Source of the DNA: an uncultured archaeon
Lineage (GTDB): Archaea > Asgardarchaeota > Heimdallarchaeia > Heimdallarchaeales > Heimdallarchaeaceae
Length of the DNA: 47,074 nt
Direction of reading: 5' to 3'
Assembly: GCA_964534625.1 (NCBI GenBank)
Contig: CAZHRF010000021.1
Coordinates: 1 to 47,074 of the forward strand
Shown here: positions 29,115 through 38,226 of the stretch, piece by piece
Position numbering within the stretch: the stretch's first letter is position 1
How the letters are laid out: every line of letters begins with the position of its first letter
Translations under genes and position numbers: made by a program
Notes under the pieces: model-generated
Told to the model about the DNA's origin: nothing
Databases searched by the model: none
What the model saw: the letters and a program-made list of their open reading frames with translations, nothing else

Positions 29115-30278
29115 ATGTTGAAAGAGAAAACTTTAAGCCTAAAAGAGATTGTACAACAATGCATTAGTTGTGGATATTGTGGTATTTGTCCTACTTATAT
29201 GGAATTAGGATCTGAGCAGTATCATCCACGCGGAAGACTTAAACAAGTTGGGATGTATCTAGACAATCCTGATAATAATGAAATAAGTAGGTCATTATTT
29301 GATGCTGTGTTCGCTTGTACAATGTGTTCAGCTTGTCAAAATATTTGTATGGTAGACTTACCTTTAATTAGAGTTTGGGAAGATATCAGACAACAAGCAT
29401 TTCAGAGGGGGAGATGGGATAAAAAACTTATTTCTCTTTATAATTTAATTAAAAAAAGTAAAAATATATTTGGTAAAAAACCATCAGCTCGATTAGATTG
29501 GTCAAAAAGTCTAGATATTGATATCAGTCAATACCAACAAAAGAAATCAGATATTTTGTTTTTTGTGGGGTGTCAATCTTCTTACTCAAAAGAAATGCAA
29601 AATATAGCGCGTAGTATGGTAAAAATATTACATAGGGCTAATATTGATTTCACTATTATGAGTACAGACGAGTGGTGTTGCGGAGCTCCTTTAATTCTTG
29701 GTGGAGCTTATGATCTTGTAATTCCCTTTGCAGAGCATAATTATGAAAGAATAAAAGAAATGCAAGTTAAGACAATTATTACCACTTGTGCAAGTTGTTA
29801 TAGAGTATTAAAGAAGGATTATAGTAATATTCTTGATGAATGGGATATAGAAGTAATTCATTCTACAGAGTTTGTAAAAAAACTTTTGGATGAAGAAAAA
29901 TTATCTTTCTCTAAACCAATTAATGAGAAGGTAACCTACAAAGATCCTTGTGAATTAGCAAGATACTGTGGAACTATTAATGAACCTCGAGAGATTCTTA
30001 AACATATTACTGGACTAAGATATGAAGAATTACCTTCAAACAAAAATGAAGCGAAGTGTTGCGGTGGAGGGGGACTGTTGCAAATAGTTAATAGAGACCT
30101 TGTAAGTAAAGTAAATGAACGATTGTTCGATGATATTACTTATACAGAATGTGATATTGTTACAAGTTGTTGTCCGCTATGTATTAGTACAATCAATAAA
30201 GGAGCTCAAACCCATGATATTAGTGTAGAATCGATTGATTTAATTGAACTTGTTGTTAGATGTATGGAGGAAAAATAA
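29115..30278 (+). CDS. Fe-S oxidoreductase (GlcF/HdrD-like; 2x[4Fe-4S] plus CCG domains)
   Basis: CISCGYCGICP, PRGR, CTMCSACQNIC, WCCG, CASC, DPC.L.R, CCGGGG, CCPLC. Confidence 0.9.
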   Translation: MLKEKTLSLKEIVQQCISCGYCGICPTYMELGSEQYHPRGRLKQVGMYLDNPDNNEISRSLFDAVFACTMCSACQNICMVDLPLIRVWEDIRQQAFQRGRWDKKLISLYNLIKKSKNIFGKKPSARLDWSKSLDIDISQYQQKKSDILFFVGCQSSYSKEMQNIARSMVKILHRANIDFTIMSTDEWCCGAPLILGGAYDLVIPFAEHNYERIKEMQVKTIITTCASCYRVLKKDYSNILDEWDIEVIHSTEFVKKLLDEEKLSFSKPINEKVTYKDPCELARYCGTINEPREILKHITGLRYEELPSNKNEAKCCGGGGLLQIVNRDLVSKVNERLFDDITYTECDIVTSCCPLCISTINKGAQTHDISVESIDLIELVVRCMEEK

Positions 30279-30280
30279 TA

Positions 30281-31681
30281 ATGGGTATAAGTAACACAGC
30301 AAAAGCGAAACTAGTAAGACATTTTGATAAACGTTTTATTTATAGTAAACATCTCTGTACTCTTTACTCAAATGACTTTCTGAGAATACCTGAAAGTATA
30401 TCTAAATTATGTATAAATAATATAGCTGATGGAATCGTGATAATTGAAAATAGAGAAGACGTCTTAGCCATTGTAAGGATAGCAGCAGAAGAAAAATTTA
30501 CAATTATCCCTAGAGGCGGAAGCACTACTGATACGGGTGGTAGTGTGCCCTCAAATGGGGGCGTCATTGTAGATATGACAAAACTCCGGGGTCAATTTAT
30601 GATAAACCACGTGGAACAAACTATAACAATGAATAGTGGCACAGTATTTTCTGATATACAAAATTATTTAGAAATAAATGGGTACTCATTATATGTGTAT
30701 CCATCAAGTCTTTACTCAGGTACGGTAGGTGGATGGATAGCGAATGGTGGATATGGCATAAACAGTCTCAAACATGGGGGGATTATTGATCAGATTACAG
30801 AACTTGAAGTTGTTTTACCAAATGGAGAATCAAAAGTTTACAAAGAAAAAAAAGACTTCAAGATGTTTATAGGAGCAAATGGTGTTACGGGAATAATTAC
30901 TAGAGTTTGTTTACGAATTCAAGTTAGTTTTAAATATAATTATCTCGTTTGTTCATTTGATACGCAAAAAGATTTAATGAATGGTCTAAAAGAAATAAGC
31001 CAATTAGATTGCGAAAATATACATTTTTTCAATGCTTCGTACATGAAAAAATATAACCAGCAATATAAAAAGTATCTGCCAGAAAGTTTCATAGTCATTG
31101 TCTCAAAAGCTATAACATATAATGAAGAGTGGAAAACATTCCAAGATGAGTTCAATAAACTTGTAAGAATAGTAAGTGCAAAAATAATTGATCCTAAATC
31201 TGTTTCTTTTCTGTGGAAGAAACGGTACCATACTTTATCTATATTGAAGAATTATAAGAGTACGGTACATTCTAGTTTTGTTTTTGATGTAGAGCATGGT
31301 TATACTTTTCTTGAAAAATTTGCAAGCTATTTCAATAAAAACAAATTATATGAAGGTTATATGATCTCCAAGAATAAATGTGTTATACGTCTGATGTCGG
31401 TTAATAAAACACAAGAACATGAAAAGAAAGAATTTCTACAAATTTTCAAATGGGCAAGGAAATCAGTTAAAAATGAGGGTCATCCCTTATCCACCGGTCT
31501 GTGGTTTTCTGATTATTACGCAAAGATTTATTCTGTAGAAAAAGAGAAGAAAATAAAACAGTTTAAAAAAGAAGTTGATCCATCCAAAATTTGTAATAAA
31601 GGGAAACTATGGTCGTCTAAAGGAAAAATAATTCCAATAAAAATAAGTACTATATGTAAGATATTAAGTATATTTTCTTAA
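30281..31681 (+). CDS. FAD-binding oxidoreductase (GlcD/D-lactate dehydrogenase-like), partner of the upstream Fe-S protein
   Basis: PRGGST..GGSVP, YPSS..GTVGGWIANGG.G, GANGVTGII, VDPSKICN.GK; ATG 2 bp after the upstream stop. Confidence 0.85.
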   Translation: MGISNTAKAKLVRHFDKRFIYSKHLCTLYSNDFLRIPESISKLCINNIADGIVIIENREDVLAIVRIAAEEKFTIIPRGGSTTDTGGSVPSNGGVIVDMTKLRGQFMINHVEQTITMNSGTVFSDIQNYLEINGYSLYVYPSSLYSGTVGGWIANGGYGINSLKHGGIIDQITELEVVLPNGESKVYKEKKDFKMFIGANGVTGIITRVCLRIQVSFKYNYLVCSFDTQKDLMNGLKEISQLDCENIHFFNASYMKKYNQQYKKYLPESFIVIVSKAITYNEEWKTFQDEFNKLVRIVSAKIIDPKSVSFLWKKRYHTLSILKNYKSTVHSSFVFDVEHGYTFLEKFASYFNKNKLYEGYMISKNKCVIRLMSVNKTQEHEKKEFLQIFKWARKSVKNEGHPLSTGLWFSDYYAKIYSVEKEKKIKQFKKEVDPSKICNKGKLWSSKGKIIPIKISTICKILSIFS

Positions 31682-31827
31682 TTTGAGTACTCTGATACAG
31701 TACTAGCTTATATGTTGTTCTTGTTTATATTTGTTTTTTCTCTTTCCTTTTTTACATCTCTGTTTCATTTTTTTGCTTATTTTTATTCATGAATATCCTT
31801 TTAAACGAATATCATAGCATTTACAAG

Positions 31828-32649
31828 ATGAATATTTGGATATTATTGCTTTTTTCTATATTGCAAGGAGCTCTAGAATGGCTTCCAATTAGTTCTTCTG
31901 GGCAGATTATTAATTTATTAACTTGGTTAGACATTAATCCCTCTGTCGCTTTCTCTCTCTCTTTATGGCTTCATTTGGGAACTCTATTATCTGTTACCAT
32001 TGTATACCGAAATGAATTGTATAATTACATTAAATATACAAATAGAGATGAGAATATAGTTCAATGGCGATGGTTTATTGTAATTAGTACATTAGGAACA
32101 GCAATTACGGGTATACCTTGCTTCATAATAGTATATGTCTTTACAACATCAGCTTTAGTTGGTGATTATATTACACTGATGATTGGCATTGCTCTTTTAG
32201 TAACATCTGGTTTTTTGTATTATTCAGGAAAGCAGAAAAAAGAAGGAATAATTATTATTAATTTATCAAAAAAGAAAATGTTAATAGTTGGATTAATTCA
32301 GGGTTTTGCAATAATTCCAGGAATAAGCAGAGCGGGAATAACTATGGCAGGATTACTCTTTATGAATATTGATAAAAGAGATGCCATTAAAGGAAGTTTT
32401 TTGATGAGTATACCCGCTGTAATGGGGGGTTTCATACTAGAGTTGGGTATGGGACTTTTTAGGGGAATACCATTGCTGGTTGAAATTGAATGGTGGCATT
32501 TAATGATTGCAATTATTGTAACAGCAATAGTTGGTTTATTAACCATTGAATTTTTGTTGTATATTTCAAAGAATTATAACTTCGCAATTGTATGTTTTGC
32601 ATTAGGTGGAATAATTGTGCTCCTTTTCCTTGTTTTTTTGTTTATTTGA
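31828..32649 (+). CDS. uppP: Undecaprenyl-diphosphate phosphatase (BacA/UppP family)
   Basis: QGALEWLPISSSG, LHLGT, QGFAIIPGISRAG.T, SFLMSIPA. Confidence 0.88.
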   Translation: MNIWILLLFSILQGALEWLPISSSGQIINLLTWLDINPSVAFSLSLWLHLGTLLSVTIVYRNELYNYIKYTNRDENIVQWRWFIVISTLGTAITGIPCFIIVYVFTTSALVGDYITLMIGIALLVTSGFLYYSGKQKKEGIIIINLSKKKMLIVGLIQGFAIIPGISRAGITMAGLLFMNIDKRDAIKGSFLMSIPAVMGGFILELGMGLFRGIPLLVEIEWWHLMIAIIVTAIVGLLTIEFLLYISKNYNFAIVCFALGGIIVLLFLVFLFI

Positions 32650-32675
32650 GTTTTATTTGTTTATTTATTTTTTAT

Positions 32676-32720
32676 GTGAACGTCTTCTTGAAACCCCCTC
32701 CTTTAGGGTGGGGTAGTTCA
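32676..32720 (+). mobile_element. Isolated IS200/IS605-family end hairpin (miniature, REP-like remnant)
   Basis: gaaaccccctcc-ttta-gggtggggtagttca matches, from memory, the hairpin-plus-GTTCA terminus of tnpB-type elements; no transposase nearby. Confidence 0.65.
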
Positions 32721-32961
32721 TGTGTATCTAAAAATCTCCTAACAAGAGTGCAATTAAAATAGAACTATTTTTGATATCAATAATTGATTTGTCCACAACT
32801 TTAATATTTCATAAAAAATATTTTGTGATTATATCTTTAAAGTGCATTTCAAGAATTACGTACAAGCAAAAGTATTAAAAACAATAAAAATAATGGATAT
32901 AGGAGTACTAATAATATATTCAAACATTATTAACAACGGTTAGGATAAGGAAGGAAATAGA

Positions 32962-33972
32962 ATGTCATTCTTTGAATTTAGAAAAAAAATATTGGAAGAA
33001 AAAAAACGAAGGCAACGTACTCACACTACTACAGCAAGAGTAACGCCAAAAGAAGATACTGATGCTGTAAGAAAAAGCAAATATAATGTTGCACTATTAG
33101 GTTTAGAGAGAGCGGGTAAAACTTCTCTTGTAAAAAAACTCTTAAAACAAGATGACATTGTAACTAGGCCAACTTATGGAGTAAATATAGAAAATTACAA
33201 ATACAGGGATTTAAGCTTTAGTTGTTTTGATTTGGGTGGTCATAAACCTTTCAGAATGAGTCTATGGAAAAAGTTTATTGAACGATCTGACGCTATTATG
33301 TTTTTAGTAGATTCAGCTGATACTGCACGTTTTGAAGAATCCAAACAGACTTTTTGGCACTATTCAGATTATGTAAGGGATGAAGGCCCCGTGTTATTTT
33401 TAGCTAATAAATCTGATTTACGTACTTCAAAAGATCTAAATACAATTCATGAGTTCTTTGAATTAGATAAATTTTTACGAAATCTTCGACCATTTCATGT
33501 CGCTAGAATATCTGCCAAAACAGGTCAAGGAGTTTATGAGGCTTGGGATTGGTTGGTTGATGTGTTGGCGGGTGATAAAAAATGGAAAGTAAGAATATCT
33601 GGAACTGTTTTAGCTAATACAGATGGTAAAGTTGTCTCTGAAGTACTTTTTGGACGTCCAGATGAACAAGCCAAAAATGTTACAGATTTTCGAAAATTAA
33701 AGGAACAAATCAAACTTTTTGCCATTGAATCTAGGGAGAGTATTCAGTCAGTTAAATTAGAGAGTTTGTACAAGAAACATGCCAGTCATGTAAAAAGAGG
33801 GGGATATTGTTTATCTGTGATGATTGATCCAATAGATCCTGTTACAAGAGCTCAACAAATTCAACTGCGTATTCTTGAACATTTCAGTAGAAACACAAAT
33901 ATAACTGATAGAACTCTTGAAGAAGTATTACTATCAAAGTTTCCATTAGAAGTTAAAGGAGAGATACATTAA
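32962..33972 (+). CDS. Arf/Sar-like small GTPase fused to a C-terminal longin/roadblock-like domain
   Basis: G1 GLERAGKT, G2 PTYG, G3 DLGGH, G4 NKSD, G5 SAK; ~130 aa C-terminal alpha/beta domain. Confidence 0.88.
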   Translation: MSFFEFRKKILEEKKRRQRTHTTTARVTPKEDTDAVRKSKYNVALLGLERAGKTSLVKKLLKQDDIVTRPTYGVNIENYKYRDLSFSCFDLGGHKPFRMSLWKKFIERSDAIMFLVDSADTARFEESKQTFWHYSDYVRDEGPVLFLANKSDLRTSKDLNTIHEFFELDKFLRNLRPFHVARISAKTGQGVYEAWDWLVDVLAGDKKWKVRISGTVLANTDGKVVSEVLFGRPDEQAKNVTDFRKLKEQIKLFAIESRESIQSVKLESLYKKHASHVKRGGYCLSVMIDPIDPVTRAQQIQLRILEHFSRNTNITDRTLEEVLLSKFPLEVKGEIH

Positions 33973-34961
33973 TGAGTCATTATCTTTCCTTTTTAAGAGA
34001 TAGGTTGATAAGTACAAAAGAGGAAAAAATACCCAAATTGCTTATTCTTGGCTTAAGCAATTCAGGTAAATCATCTGTAGTTAACAGACTACTCTTTGGA
34101 ACTGTTTCCGAAGTTTATCCTGCTCAAAGCACCTGCTTTATGAATATCGCGTATGGTAAATCAGTTGTTAGTATATTGGAAGTTGATGAAGAAACATCAA
34201 GAGAGAGTCCATATTTTCAAGATATCTTGGTTAAAATAGATGGTATAATTTTTGTTTTAGATACGACAACAGAAAGACATGTTGAACCGTCTTTCGAGTA
34301 TCTTTATGGGCTATTAGATAAAATACCCCAAGAAACGCCTATTCTTCTTTTAGCTAACAAGATGGATGTTGAAGGACACGTGGAATTAGTTGATATCTTG
34401 CAAGATCCTGCATTTTCAGTCATAACTGATGATATTAATAGGTCTATATATATACAGGATGTAAGTATTAAAACGGGAGAAAATTTCTATTTGGCATTTG
34501 ATTGGATAATATCGCGAACAACGGGAAGAACACCATTACACGAAGAAGTTAATATAATGAGAATAATTATTTTAGAAGAGGGTGGCGTTCCCGCATTTGA
34601 TTATGCTTTTGATGACACGCTAGAAGAAACCGACAATACTTTATTGGGTGGGCTAATTCATGCCTTAAATATTATGGCTTCAACTATTTTTAATAGTGAA
34701 TCTGTCATGGATGTTATAAAATTAGGCGAAGTAAAGCTCGTTAATAGAAAAATGGCTGGATGGAGCATTATACTATTCATTGATCGTGAGGATAGTGAAT
34801 CAAAAGCTCAAGTTCTAGCAGAAGAAATATTAAATGCTTTTATTGAAGAAAAAGAACGTGATCCAACCAAAGAGCTACCTAAAGAGGCAAAATTTGAAAT
34901 ATTAAATAAAATACCAGAGATAGCTATGTTACTGGGACAAGAATTTAAGAGTGAAATGTGA
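33972..34961 (+). CDS. Degenerate Arf-like GTPase fused to a longin-like domain
   Basis: G1 GLSNSGKS, G4 NKMD, G5 SIK, with G2/G3 eroded; C-terminal IIILEEGGVP.F..F..D..LLGGLIHAL longin pattern; TAATG overlap with the upstream gene. Confidence 0.82.
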   Translation: MSHYLSFLRDRLISTKEEKIPKLLILGLSNSGKSSVVNRLLFGTVSEVYPAQSTCFMNIAYGKSVVSILEVDEETSRESPYFQDILVKIDGIIFVLDTTTERHVEPSFEYLYGLLDKIPQETPILLLANKMDVEGHVELVDILQDPAFSVITDDINRSIYIQDVSIKTGENFYLAFDWIISRTTGRTPLHEEVNIMRIIILEEGGVPAFDYAFDDTLEETDNTLLGGLIHALNIMASTIFNSESVMDVIKLGEVKLVNRKMAGWSIILFIDREDSESKAQVLAEEILNAFIEEKERDPTKELPKEAKFEILNKIPEIAMLLGQEFKSEM

Positions 34962-34971
34962 GGAGAAAAAA

Positions 34972-35742
34972 ATGTTTGTAAGTAATAAAAGAGAACCTAA
35001 ACTTGTTTTTAGTATATTCAAAGATTATGGCCCTGAAATAATATTCAACAATTCATCATTAGATGACGAAAACATTGCATTAACGTTGGTTATGTCAGGG
35101 ATGACCTTAGTAGAAATGAACCGTTCGTCTGTTGGACGCGTTGATGGTACAAAAACACCTCAAATGCTAGGACCAATTCCAGTCCCAGAAAATGAAACAC
35201 TTAAATCCATTGCTATTCCTTTTGAAACTGCGGTCGGAGAAACAACAGATGATAGAATTGCTGCTGCGGGATACCGATTGTGTGTTGCTTATTTTATTTT
35301 CGAAGGATCTAATGTGCGAGAAGTACTTGATAGTTATGGATTGATAGAACCTTATTTCTCTATGATAGCAAGACCTTTGGCTGAAGAAAACAATATAAAT
35401 GAGGGAAATATAAAATTAGTATATCAACGTATGATTGATATGTTCTCTGGGAAGATCCCACGAATATTTGGAATAGATGGGAAAGGTAAAGTGAAAGAAT
35501 TAATAGGAAAAAGATTAGAATACAGAAGCACTTATCTTGTTTGTGATTTACATAAAAAACAAATGCATGTGTTACTGTATAATCCAAATATGGATGTTTG
35601 GGAAAGAAGAGACATACAAAAAAGAGCTTCAGAGATTAATTCTAACATGTTTAAAAGTGCTCTGAGAATAAATATTGTAACAGATGTAAATGAAATAGCA
35701 CGTATCCTAGATTATCTAAACATAGAAATTGCACCTGTATAA
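34972..35742 (+). CDS. Longin/uDENN-like domain fused to a gelsolin-like domain
   Basis: N-terminal VFSIFKDYGP..LGPIPVP..DDR..CVAYFIF; C-terminal PRIFGI..LEYRSTYLVCD..MHV..VWERR..RASEI..INIV; GAGGAG RBS before ATG 34972. Confidence 0.6.
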   Translation: MFVSNKREPKLVFSIFKDYGPEIIFNNSSLDDENIALTLVMSGMTLVEMNRSSVGRVDGTKTPQMLGPIPVPENETLKSIAIPFETAVGETTDDRIAAAGYRLCVAYFIFEGSNVREVLDSYGLIEPYFSMIARPLAEENNINEGNIKLVYQRMIDMFSGKIPRIFGIDGKGKVKELIGKRLEYRSTYLVCDLHKKQMHVLLYNPNMDVWERRDIQKRASEINSNMFKSALRINIVTDVNEIARILDYLNIEIAPV

Positions 35743-35766
35743 TAAATCCATGTTTATGAAAAGAGG

Positions 35767-35800
35767 ATACACCTTCTCCCCCCAATTTGGGGTGTGTATG
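35767..35800. terminator. GC-rich hairpin between convergent genes
   Basis: ccccaa-t-ttgggg core flanked by atacac / gtgtat. Confidence 0.3.
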
Positions 35801-35831
35801 GAGTGAAATAGGTGTAGAAAAAATCGGTAGA

Positions 35832-36278
35832 TTATTTAGTAGCCTTTTTCATAAAATAATTGCTCCCTTCAGGAACATAACTCATCATTATTAGATCATC
35901 ACGTTTTTCCCATCCAATTTTTTTATAAAATTTTATTACTCCTAGGTTGTCTTTTTCGACAAATAAATGTACTTTGTGAACATTCATCTCGCTAAATCGA
36001 TTTTGCAATTCTTTCATCATTTTTGTACCCAAACCCTTTTTTTGAAATGAAGGATCAACAGATAAATGGTGGACATAACCTCTTCTTCCATCAAAACCCC
36101 CACATACTGCAGATACAATTTTATTGCCTTCTTTGCCAACAATAAATAGATTAGGATTATGATCAAGCATTCTTTTAATTTCTTTTTTACTCTCAGATGA
36201 AGTTATTGTAATTCCTGTTTTTTTCCATAATTCAATTATATCTTCATACATGTCCATTGTAAAAGGTTCTATATCCAT
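35832..36278 (-). CDS. GNAT-family N-acetyltransferase (YpeA-like)
   Basis: GFDGRRGYVHHLSVDPSFQKKGLG, N..VIKFYKKIGW. Confidence 0.9.
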   Translation of the reverse strand: MDIEPFTMDMYEDIIELWKKTGITITSSESKKEIKRMLDHNPNLFIVGKEGNKIVSAVCGGFDGRRGYVHHLSVDPSFQKKGLGTKMMKELQNRFSEMNVHKVHLFVEKDNLGVIKFYKKIGWEKRDDLIMMSYVPEGSNYFMKKATK

Positions 36279-36556
36279 GATAATGAAATTTAGGGAGTCA
36301 ATATTATTATTTCTATTGAATCATGATATAATTTGCATAATTGTATGGGTTTTTACTTTTGTGTGCAAACTGCATCAATTTGGTTGTTTGGTTCACCTTA
36401 ATCAGTTCAGTCCTTTGCACATATTTCACGTTATTCTAGTTTTTTATTCCTTTTTCTTATTTAAACTCCATACTTTTTACTTTCGTTGTACCTACTTTTT
36501 GTAAATATATTACCCATATTTTTTTAAGAAAGTAAAAATTGTATTAACATAAGAAA

Positions 36557-37204
36557 ATGAACAATATTAATAATAAAAAAGTGATTCTGCTATTCTCAGG
36601 GGGTTTTGATAGTACAGTAGCAGGAAAATTACTAGATGATTGCGGATATACTATTATACCCGTTCATCTTTCTAATGTTGATTTTGCTGGAGAGGAAACC
36701 ATTAATAAAACTTTAAAACTTGTAGAAAGGTTTGAGTGGTACCCATTCTATATCATAGATTATGCGGATGCATTGCAAACAATTGTCGATAAATGTAAGC
36801 ACTCGTATTATTTTGTTCTAATGAAGAGATTGATGTTAAGAATTGCTAATCAACTTGTACAGAAAGAAAATGCTCAATATATAGCAACAGGAGAGAGTTT
36901 AGGACAAGTATCGAGTCAGACATTAAATAACATTTCTGTTATTGAAGAAGCTGCAGAATATAGAGTCCTAAAACCTCTTATTACTTTTGATAAAGAGAAA
37001 ATAATTAGAATCGCAAGAAAGATTAATACCTATGAAATATCAACCGGACCTGAAATGTGTGATATATTGGGTCCTAAACACCCAATTGTAGAAGGAAAAC
37101 TAGAACTGGTATTAAAAGAAGAAGAAAATATGGATTTCTCAAGAATGGTTGAAAAATTGATAGAAAACAAGCGGATTCTTAAGAGTAGATCTGATTTATA
37201 TTAA
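36557..37204 (+). CDS. ThiI-like PP-loop domain protein lacking the N-terminal THUMP region
   Basis: LLFSGGFDS, KRLMLRIA, TGESLGQVSSQTL.N, PLITFDKE.II..A..I.TYEIS; only 215 aa. Confidence 0.8.
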   Translation: MNNINNKKVILLFSGGFDSTVAGKLLDDCGYTIIPVHLSNVDFAGEETINKTLKLVERFEWYPFYIIDYADALQTIVDKCKHSYYFVLMKRLMLRIANQLVQKENAQYIATGESLGQVSSQTLNNISVIEEAAEYRVLKPLITFDKEKIIRIARKINTYEISTGPEMCDILGPKHPIVEGKLELVLKEEENMDFSRMVEKLIENKRILKSRSDLY

Positions 37205-38110
37205 TTGTTTTTTAGTTTCCAATATCTGAGTTACTAACTCATCAACTCTTTTTTTAGGTTGTTTTGTAATTCCCAATGTTTTAACATGTTCAGAGGCAAG
37301 CGCACACCCAAAAGAAAGCGCAAAATCTAATTCTTGTGTTTGTATATATTTGAGGAGAAAAGCTGTCATAAAAACATCTCCCGCGCCAGTAGGGTCTAGT
37401 TCTTTTACATTAGGAGGAGTAAGCTTAAAATGTTTACCACGGTTTGAATAAATAAGATCTCTATTTCCCATTGTGATAATCTGTATATTGTTCTTAGGGA
37501 GCGAAGAAAGAATATCTTTTAAAGATGTCTTATGTGTAGCTCCTTTTACCTCATTTATAGAATATTTTACAATATCTAACTTTTTAATAAGGTCTTGCAA
37601 AAATGGGTCTTGAAAATTTTTGGATATTTTACCTTCTCTATCTTTATTACGTATGAAACCTTGGATATCACCAGCTACGATACCATCGTACTCGGATTTG
37701 GCCTTAAGAACAGTTTTTGGCTTAATTTCATGAAAAACAGGAGATATAAAACAATTTTTTGCTTTTTCTAAATCCATAAAAAAATTATCTAATGGATTTG
37801 CTAAAGAATTAACATACATAGTACGATATTCATGATGAATCTCATGATGAAATTTTGTTGTACACTTTGAGGGATTATTATGTATAGTATAATTATCGAA
37901 GCTGGTCAAAAAACTAACGTACTTTGTAGGGAGATCTGATCCATATGCAGTTATCCCTCGAACCATCGAAGAAAACAAGGGTATAGCAACAGTTGCATAA
38001 GCTACAGGACCACCCAGTTGTAATCCTAATTTCCTTTCTGACTGCTTTCTAAAAAGCGTTTTATCATCTAATACGATATGTGAAACTATGTCAAGATCAG
38101 CTTTTACCAC
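37196..38110 (-). CDS. PfkB-family carbohydrate kinase
   Basis: LGGP..Y, DIQGFIR, ITMG, DPTGAGDVF. Confidence 0.88.
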   Translation of the reverse strand: MVKADLDIVSHIVLDDKTLFRKQSERKLGLQLGGPVAYATVAIPLFSSMVRGITAYGSDLPTKYVSFLTSFDNYTIHNNPSKCTTKFHHEIHHEYRTMYVNSLANPLDNFFMDLEKAKNCFISPVFHEIKPKTVLKAKSEYDGIVAGDIQGFIRNKDREGKISKNFQDPFLQDLIKKLDIVKYSINEVKGATHKTSLKDILSSLPKNNIQIITMGNRDLIYSNRGKHFKLTPPNVKELDPTGAGDVFMTAFLLKYIQTQELDFALSFGCALASEHVKTLGITKQPKKRVDELVTQILETKKQLI

Positions 38111-38226
38111 AAGAGTTAGGTGATATATTCTATTAAAAATTTTAGTAACATAGAGAATAGAATCGCAAACATTTATTTACATGGCAGAGTTATATTTTCA
38201 TAATAAAAATAAGAGATGACTTTAAT

